Source: the human T2T-CHM13v2.0 reference genome, Homo sapiens
Reading direction: 5' to 3' (one strand)
NCBI RefSeq assembly: GCF_009914755.1
Contig: NC_060932.1
Length of the DNA: 64,000 nucleotides
Positions 39,701-51,045 of this stretch are shown here, piece by piece. The stretch's first letter is position 1. Every line of letters begins with the position of its first letter. The notes beneath the pieces were generated by a model. That model had not been told where the DNA came from. It ran no database searches and worked only from the letters and a program-made list of their open reading frames with translations. The translations under genes and the position numbers were made by a program.

Positions 39701-40549
39701 TCCTTCTGACCATTGTTGCTCAGGGTAGTTCAGTACTTCTAGGCTGGTCAAAAATTAGTAGAGTTCTGCTCTTAGTCTATCTCCTCTTCTGCCTCTGCTT
39801 CCCAAGGAGTTCAGCCAGAACCTCTGTCTCTTTCCCTGCCTAAACTGAGCTGCTTGCACTCCTGTGATTTATATACCATCCTTGTCTCCAGTTGTTCACA
39901 CTTTGTAACTTACTGTTATTAGTTATTATATTAAAAATTAATGCTGTCCATGGAGGTTATGATTGGCTAAGCTTGGATATATAACTAGATTTAAAAGAAG
40001 GAACTGTTATCTCTGAATCAAGTTTGTGGATTGGAATTATGGAAACATGATTATAAGTTAATGTAACCATTTTAAAATAAGCAATAGATAGCATCTGGCC
40101 ATAAAGACCTTTTATTCTGGATATTTAATGAATGGGCAAGAAGGATATATACTTTTGTGAATGTGTAGGAAATGTCTTCTTTACATATTTCTGTTCTTTG
40201 GTGAACAGGAAAGAAAGTGAGGGCTAGAGGAGCCCCCAGAAAGTGGAGCATTTTCCCATTTTTACTTATATCAACTTAGCAGAAAATAAATGCCTTATGG
40301 CTGTAGCGGAATAGTCAGTACCAGATGAGCGAAGCTAAATGCAAGAATTTGCAGTGCCAAGCTCCACCGAATCCCTAAACAGCCACTGACCGATCTTGAT
40401 TCCAAGTTCAACGTATTAGTGTGAGTTGAATGAGTGTTTCATTAATACTCTAAAATCTAAGTCAAATTGAACAAAGATCATGAATAGCTAAGAATTACTC
40501 TTGTAAGTATAATGAGGAGTAGAACGGGTAAGAGAAGTCAGGAAAAAAT

Positions 40550-40725
40550 AAAGAAACTGTGGACTCAAAGTCAGAAGTCCTGAGTTTTAAACATGGTTTT
40601 GCCATTGACTAGAAACCTTAAACAAATCCTGTAACCAGTAAAGCCCTGAACTTCTTATTTGAAAATGCAGGCTTGAGTTAGATGTCTTCTAAAGACTCTT
40701 TTAGCACTAAAAAGTAATTCTATGA
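40550..40725 (+). mobile_element. MIR fragment
   Basis: gtcagaagtcctgagttt...cttcttatttgaaaatg...ctaaagactcttttagc. Confidence 0.55.
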
Positions 40726-42990
40726 AGTTAATCTTTATTAAATTGTCTTATCTATTAAAATATAATGATAAAATATCTTGATGTTTATCTTAATGTATTT
40801 AGTTTTTTAGTTTTTAAAGAAAATAGGTCTTTAGTTTTTGATAATTAATATGTTTTGTTTTTGTTAATAAAATTAACACTTTAAAAAAATACAGAAATCT
40901 AAACAATAAGAAAGTGAAGGAAGAAAGCACATCCAGTCCTATGTCTCCCTAGTAATGTTTGATGTTTGTAAGGCTACCATATAACAGTTGCTATTGTGAA
41001 TGAAATATCTTTGTTTTATTTTAACTAGTTGTTTCCTTATTATAGAAAAGCTACCTTTAAAAATACTAATTTCTCAACTGATTGTCTTTGCTGAACTCTC
41101 TAAGTTACTTTTAGTCAATATTCTTGTTTTCTTTATGTAGCAAACTATTTTGTCTACAAATAAAATTTAACAAATTTTGAGTCTTTATCATATAATGCCT
41201 CCTTTTGATTGTTTATACTTAATATTCTTAGAAAACATTTTTCAGTGATTCCTTTGGCTAGCTTTCCTAGAAGAATATTAATAGTAATGGTGAGAGAGAA
41301 AATTTCTGGCTGTTAGTTTAAGCTTTTTTTTTTCTTTAAAAAATATGCTAAAGGTCTTTATTAAGAAGTTTTAAAAAAAGTTGAATAGGCGTTTGATGAC
41401 TTTTTAGAACATATGGTGACTACAGATTCTTTTCCTCAGTCTATTTGTGGGAGAAATTATATTAACAAATCTTTTAGCATTAAACCATTTTTATGTTCTG
41501 CAATGAACATCAGTTGGTCATTAATAGAATTTCAGTACAGCAATGGATTACAAATATTAACATCTTATTACTAATTTTTGCTGTTAAATTTATGTTGAAA
41601 TGGGTCTGGGGTTTTATTATTTGTAGGTTGTTTTGGTTGAGTTTTGCTTCGGGGTTACATGAATTTTGTATAAAATCATGTGAAGCCTTCCTTCTTCCTC
41701 TGAGCTCATAGAAGTAAACTCTTCCCTGAAATCTGAAAGAATTCTTCTACAACATTTTGTTGTTCTATAATAGCTCTGTCAGTTTTCTTTTATTATTGAT
41801 TTATTTTGGTCCACTTATATTTTTCCACAAAAAAATGTCTTTCAAACAGATTTTTAAACTTATATGAACAGGGTTGAATACTTTACACAGAGTTAATAAC
41901 TTTCCTGGGAACTTGAAAAATGGAGAATTATCTGTATATGATAGCTTATATTATTGTACAGCTTTATAATTACCTTGACACTACAGTTTCTCCTTAAAAT
42001 TTTATCCTCTTTCCTGAAATAAATCTATTTGCAAAGAATACGCCTAATCTATGTTTCACATGCTGTGCTTTCTGCCATATTTTTAAAACATTTTTTTTTT
42101 TTGCTTGTACTCATCTTTGAATAAAGACTGTACAAGACAGCTTTTGTTCCTAAAATAACATGGATAGATCATTCATGGTTTCTCCTGTTTACCTGGCTGC
42201 CATTTTAATTCATCCTTCAAATTTAAATATAAATTCAGTCATGCTGCACCTGGGCAGGTAGGAAAAGAGCTATGGCCATGCAAAGCTTTATTTCTGCATT
42301 TTTTCTCTATATATTTGCTAGGAAAGAATGCACCAAATTTCAGTTCTAGTGTGTTGTGTGAGATCTAGTGTGTGTGGGTTGGTGGAGGGAGCTAGGAGGA
42401 GAAGAGGGGAGTGGGTTGTGTGTGGCCTGCGTTGAAGGTACTAAGGAGTATGCCTTTGATTTTGGATTATTCAGGTATGTTAACTAGATAGATTATAAGT
42501 CAGGTTGGTTAAAAGCCCTGGGGCCTGTGGGCTTTCAGCGTGCTGAAGCTACATTTTTTCTCCCATTTCTTGAGTAATAACTTTTACATCTGTGAAAATT
42601 GCTCAATCTTGCTTCAAAAGTCTCTAGATTCTGAGGATCCCTTTCCCATTGCCATGTTGGAGAAAATAGTTACTTTTAAGAAAAGTGGAATCAATGAAGA
42701 AACAAACAATAACAATATACGGAGGAGTGGTTGTTCATTTTTCTGAGTTTGATTAGCTTGGGGCAGCGACAGTCTATGGCAGAGACCCATTTCCCCCAAA
42801 GCTGTCTGTGCTTCCAGCCAGTTCTCCAATTACTTACTGTTAGTGAGAAGTGTCAGAATTTGCTCTAATTACTTCCCTGAAAACTGCACATTTTCAGGAA
42901 GGGAAGTTGCATATCAATCTTCGATGTTTTTCTTCACGCTGATTCAAATTTACTGTATCTAGCAGAGATTCCTGCCAGAAAGTTGTGATA

Positions 42991-43525
42991 CACGGTAAGT
43001 GTCCCTTATCTGAAATGCTTGGGACCTCAGTGTTACAGAGTTCAGGTTTTCTTCTGGATTTTGAAATATTTGAATATACATAATGAGATATATTGGGGAT
43101 GGGACCTGAGTCTAAACACAAAATTCATTGATGTTTCATATACACCCCATGACCCTCGTCTGAAGGTAATTTTATACATTATTCTTAATAATTTTGTACA
43201 TGAAACAAATTCGTGTACATTAAGTCATCAGCAAGCAAAGGTGTCACTATCTCAGCCACTCATGTGGACAATCTGTGGTTGTTTGGTATAACTGTCATGA
43301 TGTGCTCAGAAAAGATACATTGCAGCAGAAGCAGGTGGGGGGGGGGTCTTTTTTCTCTTGGGGATGCTTGGTAAACTGTGTGCTGTGTGTCTGTGCTTTG
43401 ACTGTGACCCATCACATGAGGTCAGGTGTGAAATTTTCCACTCGTGGTGTCATGTCACTGCTCAAAATTTTCAGATTTTGGAGCATTATGGATTTTGAAT
43501 TTTTGGATTAGGGATGCTCAATCTG
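42991..43525. mobile_element. Tigger4b (Zombi/MER46-type) DNA transposon
   Basis: Termini similar to CAGGTTGAGTATCCCTTATCCGAAATGCTTGGGACC and ...GGATTAGGGATGCTCAATCTG. Confidence 0.82.
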
Positions 43526-43882
43526 TGTATCATTGGCAGTATTTATTGGTTTAAGAATTGATGAACATTTTGTTTCTCATTTGTATTTATTTTTAGTTAT
43601 CTCTCTCAGTTTCTCAGAGGAATCCTTTATAAGAAATTCTCACAAGAAGTAACCTATTTTTTTCTTTTATATAAAAACAAGTGAGTAAAACATCTATAGG
43701 GCGCTTGATTATTTGAACCCTGAGACAGTTAACATTTCAAGTAGCAGTTCTCAAAATATGTTCTACAGAAGTCGGTTCCAAATCGTGTTAACAGCATTTA
43801 TAGGAGCAAAAGTTTCCATGGTCAAAAAAATGTTAATAACAGAAGTGAAACAATATTAAACATGATTCTTTACTGAAGGACG

Positions 43883-44117
43883 TTTTTTTCAGATAGGGAG
43901 CTTGGTTGTTAATTTTTGTTGTTGTTGTTTTTTAACCTTTATTTTAGGTTTGGAGTTACATATGAAGATTTGTTACATAGGTAAACAGGTGTCACGTGGG
44001 TTTGTTTGACATATTATTTCATCATCCAGGTATTCAGCCCAGGACCCAGTAGTTGTCTTTTCTGCTCCTCTCCCTCCTCCCACCCTCCACCCTCAAATAG
44101 ACCCCAGTGTCTGTTGC
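43883..44117 (-). mobile_element. Short L1PA15/16 3' end insertion
   Basis: tttgttacataggtaaac...aatagaccccagtgtctgttg. TSD ttc(t)ttactgaa(g/a)gac on both sides. Confidence 0.8.
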
Positions 44118-44859
44118 TTCTTACTGAAAGACTTTTCAGCACCATGAATATGCAAAAGAACACTGTGAACTTACAAGACAGACATAATATGCAGTATTTC
44201 CTAGAACTTATTTAATTTAGTGCCCTTATTTTTTCTATAAATTATCAGAAAGGAAAAATAAATTAGTATAACAAACACCAAAAACTACTGGTATAACAGC
44301 ATCATTTCGCAATTATAGGTGAAGCAGTTAAGAAGAAATAAAAAGTCTTCTAAATGTTAGCCTTGCAAATTTAATTATAAAAGTAATCCCTCCCTCCCTT
44401 TTCCTGTATCTGTGCAGCAAATATTTGGCCCATGCTTAATTCATGATCCCATAAATGTGTGAAAGGAAATTGTAATACGAGGGAAATGATATGTTCACCT
44501 GCTACTTTATAAGGATATTGTGAGAATTGAATGAAAAATGCACGTAAAGTGCTATAAAAATCCCATCACTTTACAATGAAACCTATAGACCAACACTTTT
44601 AAAACATGCTCTTTTAACATAGGATGTGTGGTGAGTCATTGTGAGAATATGTTGCAAATTACTAATATTTCTAAGTTTGTGATATTATATGGTTTTTAAA
44701 AATACAAAATGTAACGTGTTCTAGGTTATGTTTATTATGATGTCATTGTCACTGATTTCTGACATATTCTCTCAAGTGGGAGGAAAGGGAAAAAGTTTTA
44801 AGTACTCTGTTGGAAATTGACCTGGGAATGGAATGTCTCTGGTGTTGCTATTTAGCATA

Positions 44860-45228
44860 TGCTGTGATTTGAACGTGTCCCCCAAAGTTCACTTGTTAGA
44901 AACAATCCCGATGCAATGGTGTTGAGAGGTGGGACCTTTAAGGTAAAACTAGGCCATGAGGGATCTGCCTTCCTGTGTGGCTTAACACCATTATTGCAGG
45001 TGAGTATTCCTGATCAAAGGATGTGGTTGGCCTCCTTTCCTCTCTCTCACCTGAGTGCTCTTTTGCTCTCCTGCCGTAGGATGATGCAGCAAGAGGGCTC
45101 TCACCAGGTGCCAGCCTCTTGATCTTGGATTTCTCAACCTCCAGAACTTTAAGAAAATATATTTCTGTTTATTACAAATTATTCAGTCTTAGATATTCTG
45201 TTATAGAAGCACAGAATGAACTAAGACA
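44860..45228 (+). mobile_element. MST-type (MSTB/MSTC) MaLR solo LTR
   Basis: TGCTGTGATTTGAACGTGTCCCCCAAAG...GAACTAAGACA with a perfect TSD GCATA. Confidence 0.88.
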
Positions 45229-47701
45229 GCATATGAGCTGTAGCCCATAAAGGTTCTGAATTAAAGCAGCAGAACCCTCCACCTTGAAGCAGCAAACATT
45301 CACAATTTTGATAAATCAAGAGCAACCCCCTAATTGCCCAATGTGGTGACTGGTAATATTGCTGACACATGGCTTTGAGTCACATGTGTTGTGAGGCTGC
45401 AAAGTAGGATGTGTCACTTGGCTTTTGGCAGATAATATGATTTAGGAGAAAGTCTGAAGTTTATACCAGTTGTCCTGATGAAGGCACTCATTTGGCTACT
45501 ATATTTTTCTGTGAATAGAATATGAACATTTGTAGAAGACAATTTTTGTTTGCATAAGTTCATGTTAACAGAAACCATTAGGCCACATGTTCCACAGAAG
45601 GGTTTTTTTTTTTTTAGGGGCTAAAGAATTTTTTATATTGGAAAAGTTATAAGGTAGCTGAAACGTAGGCCTGTGAGGATGAAATCAGACAATACTGAAA
45701 AATAGATGTGAACACACATATGCACACATCTACTGCGGAGATGCCAATCTCAGTATTTAAAGGCATAAAGGCACACTGACTTTTCTACTTAGCTGTGTTT
45801 TAGCAAACTTTGTGATTAAGGGCAGACTTGCTCTACACTTTGACTAACCTAAGTGCATCTAGCCAGAAAAAGAAGGGCATTGTGCCTACGTATTAGCAGC
45901 CCATTACATTAAACTGTGACATGGCACAACCCCTTTGGACAGATTTCATTAGGGCATACTCTCTTGCAGACATCAGAAATACAAAGCCAAGTAGAACTTT
46001 GTATGCTAATTCTCCATTGTATGCTAATTCTCCATTGTCCCTTATTTATTTTGATTGGCAGATATTCTTTTATATACACTAAAAATATCAAAATGTTGAC
46101 AGAATCTTGTTGTTTCACACTTTCTCTTTGGAAAACATGTTGCAACAAAGCACCTTTTACCTACGTCTACCAAGTGCTATTGCATTGACAGTTTGACTAG
46201 CTATTTGGGAGTGAGCCCTGCCAATGGCTGCTTCAGGATTTAGCACATTTTGTTTGAAAAACATTTGGTCATGATAGTCAGAATCTCAGGAAGACCCACA
46301 GATTCTATTTAGCACACAGTGTATCTGATAGGACTACTGCATTAATGGAAATGAAAAGCTAATTGCTGTTAATATGTAATGTACATGGGATTTACAGTTT
46401 GTAGAATGTTTTTCTCATACTAACTCTCAATGTTGTTGTGGTAGAAATAACTTGGAGTTATATGCTTGGATGCAGGTATCCCAACTGAATCTTTGGCATT
46501 AGGCTGGCTGAGGTCTTGTTGGAATCTGGGGATTCAGCCAGAGTCGGGTTGAGAACACTGACCTTACTGTCAAAACTACCCCATTGGAGGGTATGACCGG
46601 AAGGAGTTGTGACTGGAGTAACTGGAATACTGAATCCCTCTCATTCCTAACTCTGGAGGTGTGCACACCAAGTGATACCACCCTACAAGTGAGGGCACAA
46701 AAAGTGTGATTCACAGCATGGTTGGAAAGGTGGCCAGGCTGTCAGTCTTTCCTAGAGAGCTAAACCTTGATAGCAGGACCCTCATCCTATGGTACTGACT
46801 CAAAAAGAAAAGGACTGACCTACATATGGTCTCTGGACTCAGGCACACGACCCAGAGTTCAGAAAAGCCTTCAAATCCTAGCGGGAAACAAAGTGTTAGG
46901 CAAAGGGACAGGGCAGACTATGGAGTGGAAGTCAGCATTTCAGGAGAAAATCAGGTCCTGTGCTTACAGGATCAATCACCAGGGCTTGGCCATGGCAAAG
47001 CACTTCCTGGCATCATTGTGTAAGTACTCAGTCCTATGTAGTAATGGTAGAGGGCTATAGACAATGACAAGACCTGATCCAGTTAAAGGGCAGAGGCTGC
47101 ACATTAGGATTCCCCCAGGAGATTTTAGGGTTAAGAAGTGTATCACTGAAATACTTCATTCTGCTTGCTACTCTGCAGAAGAATTGATAGAAGAATTAGG
47201 TAAAACAAAAAGTTGTTGAGACACATTTGTTGTAATAATGGAAATGTTATTATGTAGTATCTTCATTGTTCTTGATGCCCTGTTTGTTTGTTGTTTGTTA
47301 TACTTTGGAATATATGTTATACTTTGTACTGTTTGTGAGTCCTAGGATGTTTTCTCAATTTCCATTTTACTTTCTAGAATTTAATTTTAAAATTTTGCAC
47401 TATTTAAAAACATACAATTTGTTTCTAAGGAATTTGCCTTCTCTGCTTGTTTTTGCCAGGTTGTTTCCAAACACATTAACTACTATTGTGACAATAAACA
47501 CGAGTCAGAGTTGAATAAAAAGAATTCTTTTTATCATCATCATCATCATCAATCACTGTCATCACTATACCATGATGTCTATCATATTAAAAATAAGAAG
47601 GCTTTCGTAGTCTACAGGAAGTAATTTCAATGTAGATCATAGCTTTATATTTTATTTAAAAGTTCTTGGTATTACTAATATGAAAATTATATTTTATTCA
47701 A

Positions 47702-47715
47702 CCACCAGAGGGAGC
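47702..47715 (+). promoter_or_regulatory. CTCF core motif CCACCAGAGGGAGC
   Basis: Close match to the CTCF core consensus, isolated within AT-rich DNA. Confidence 0.65.
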
Positions 47716-48594
47716 TCTCAAATATATGGATTCTAAAAGGGAAGGAGTAAAGTAATTAAGTAGGCAGCTTTGTATGTTTTATAGTTGAAAATCAAAGATT
47801 TCATCAGCTGTGTGTCATGGTTTTTGTGGGATCACATGTTGTGTCTTCGTACATCAAGTGCTTAAAATCTTGTCCTACTATAGATGCCACATCATTTTAA
47901 TTAACAGCTATGAAATAATAATCTTGTTTTTATGTTTTTTTTTAAGTTTGAGTAATTGTTTTATTTTAACTTTATATTTTAATTTTGGACAATATTGATT
48001 GATGCCATGCTTTGCAAATATAATTATGCTTTCAGACCTCCTCTCTTAGGTCCCAGTTTTTCTTAAGTTGTGTTTTTATATTGTCCAATTTATAAAACTT
48101 ATATTCTTTTTTATAACCGTAAATTCAATGCTGAGACATCTCCTTTTCATATTTCTTTGTTTTGATGTATTGCTTAACTTGCTAAATTTTATTGTCAAAT
48201 AGTTTATTTGAGAAGGGTCTTTGGGTTCTAGAATCCTTGATATCTTTCATGTTTGAGAATGACTACTTGTTGCTTTACACATGTATGACAATAGAGTGGG
48301 TATAATATTGTGAGGTCATATTTTCTTTCTCTCATCTATGATTTAATATTCCCCCTAGGAAAATCAAGTCTTCCAATTTTTTTTCACTAATATTATGTGG
48401 GTGTGGAAGGGGAAGGAAGGAAATTATCCAACTGTTTCCTGCAGGCAGAGCAAGTCCTTACAGAGCAGGCTGCCCTCAGTGATGATGAGTTTTGGATCTC
48501 CCAGAACATCCCACCTCTTAAATGTGTAGCGTCTTGTAAGTATCCTTCCCAATCAAGTTTATTCATAGCTTACTGAGTTCTGTCTCTCCTTCTC

Positions 48595-48790
48595 TGTTAA
48601 ATGGCTTTATTGAGATATAATTCATAAATAAAAAAACTGCACGTTTGATATGTGCAGTTTGATGTGTTTGGATCTATGTATACATTGGCAATACTATCAC
48701 CACAATCAAGATAATAAACATATCCATCATCTCCAAAAGTTTCCCTGTGTCTCCTCAACTCCATACTTTTTTGTGTTAAAAGCACTTAGC
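48595..48790 (-). mobile_element. L1MB 3' end fragment
   Basis: ctttattgagatataattca...caccacaatcaagata...catctccaaaagtttccc. Confidence 0.75.
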
Positions 48791-50524
48791 AGGACGATCT
48801 GGGGAGGAGCAGTCCCTGGGATCACTGTGTTTATCTGTTGTCTCTGTACCCCACTTTAAAGTGTCCGAAAGTTTTCTCACACAGTAATGTAATCAACCCC
48901 ATTTTGTGGCTGTGGAAATTGTCAGGCACAAAGGTTAAGCAAATTAGCCAAGGCCATGAAGCAGATGAGTGAGACACCTGGGAGTGGATCCAGGACTCAC
49001 AACTGCTCAGTTGATATATTGCCTTCCATTGCTTCACAAGGCTGCGAGCTGTCCTGCTTCTTCCCAACACACTTGACTGAAGTCAGGTATTTAAGTTTCT
49101 ATATCTAAGCTGAAGTCAACAGTATTTCCATAAGTAGGATCTTGTCACAACAGAAAAAATGAATTATAAGCAATGAATAGAGGTGAAATATATTCATTCA
49201 GAGTCAGTGTGAATACATTCCATCTTTCTTCACTTCCTTTAACCTCTCATTTTCTCCAGGCTGCTTACAAATGTATTCAATGTGTTAACAAAAAAATTTA
49301 ATAAAGACATTGCCAGAATATCAGCATTGGGAACAAAGAAAAATACTTTCTATTTGGTGTTAGCATAACTGTGCATTTTAACTAGGTGTATATCTCTCTG
49401 TGTATAATTAACATGCTATTTGTAAATAAAGTCAAATATTAAATATATGAAGTCACCATTTTGATTTATGTTTTTCTACAAAGCACAACCACTCTCTAAC
49501 AAATATGTATCTGACAGATTGATCAATTATGGTCTCTACCAGGTCAAATGAGCTCACTTCCCTTCAAACCTTACAAGCCTAAGCAATAATGTGGTCTCCC
49601 AGACACAAAGAGGAAACAGCAAGCTTCTCTACTCCATCGTGATTGTTTCCTGGGCAAGCGTGTTTCCCAGCTGCAATCATAGATGCCCCAAAATGATGCC
49701 AGTGTCAGACCCTGCCGTGCTGTAGCTCCCTTCAGGGGACATCTCAACTGCTATTTTCCCTTCCCCTAGTCCTCCACTGAACCTGCCACACCTTCTAAGA
49801 AAACGAGGGTTGGCTCTGTGCTGAACTGCAGGGGCCCCACACACACTGTAACCTGCAGGAACATAGAACATAGGCATTTGACTGCTGGCTCCTCAGCTTA
49901 CCACAAGGGGCAGACACTGACTGAATAGAGGTCCAAGAAATAAATTCCTAAGGAAAAGCAGGGAGATACAAAAATGCAAAATATAAATGAATAAAATAAA
50001 TTTTAAAACATGTATTCTGGTGCCGCCTTTAATAGTACATTTCGTGAGATGGAATTTATTTCACTTATTTACAAATAAACGACTCTTCATTATTGCTGAA
50101 GATGTATGAATGTAAGATTTAAAGCTAGAGTGATTTAAAATTTTTCTGCAGAAAACAACTTCTGGATAGTGTTCTCTTTTTTACATTTTGCATTTCAAAT
50201 TCAATAATTCTATGAATATGTTTCATTCAAATGTCCCAGCTTTGTTATAATCCCCCAAATGAATAATGCATTTCTTAGAAAGTATCTTTTCCAAAGGAGA
50301 AAGCACTATGAACATTCATTTTAACTTCCTTTACCAGTCAGTGATTTTTATCCTTCACTATACATTTTAAAAGACCTGACAAAGGTTCATAAAACATTGT
50401 TATTCTTTATCAGTGGAGCTACATGCAAAATTCAAAATTCTCAAATCTGTGGGAAAGATTATGAAGAAATATTACTACTGCTTATCAATCTGCACAGACT
50501 TGCCTATGTTATCCTAACATTGTT

Positions 50525-50745
50525 TTTAGCATGGTGAAGACAAGGATAAACCATGAAGCCTACCTGCTGGGATCTGAAATTTTGCTTCACCACTTCCTAT
50601 CTTGAGCATGTTACTCAATTTTTCTATACCTCAGTTTTCTCATGTCTAAAATGGAGATAATAATATTGCCTCTGTTGTTATGAAGACCAAATGAGTTACT
50701 AATATAAATTATGCCCACTAATTAAAAAAATAGAACAGTGCCTGA
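50525..50745 (+). mobile_element. MIR
   Basis: MIR core cctcagttttctcatgtctaaaatggagataataat. Confidence 0.75.
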
Positions 50746-50899
50746 TGGTTTTATTTTTAAATAAAATAAAACACGTATTTTTTACAGCATCACTATGCTC
50801 CAGGTCAATATTTCCATATTAGTGATCAGGTCTCTTTTCCTTACCTATCCAGAATTCTTGTGTTAGAGTTCCATTTGACAGTGAGAGGCATTAGGAAGC

Positions 50900-51045
50900 T
50901 ATCTGGGTCGATTTTCTCATCTACAAAATGGTGATGATGATCTATCTTGTCTTGGAGGTCTAATGTGAAATGGAGTGAGGTTGCATAAATGAAGTGCTTA
51001 GCAAAGGATCTTACTGGTAGAAGGCACTCAATAAATGCTCACTGA
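50900..51045 (+). mobile_element. MIR 3' part
   Basis: ttttctcatctacaaaatgg...agtgcttagca...cactcaataaatg. Confidence 0.7.

Noticed and set aside
49901-49914. CTCF-like CCACAAGGGGCAGA
   Set aside because: One base short in the core spacing, so a poor match.
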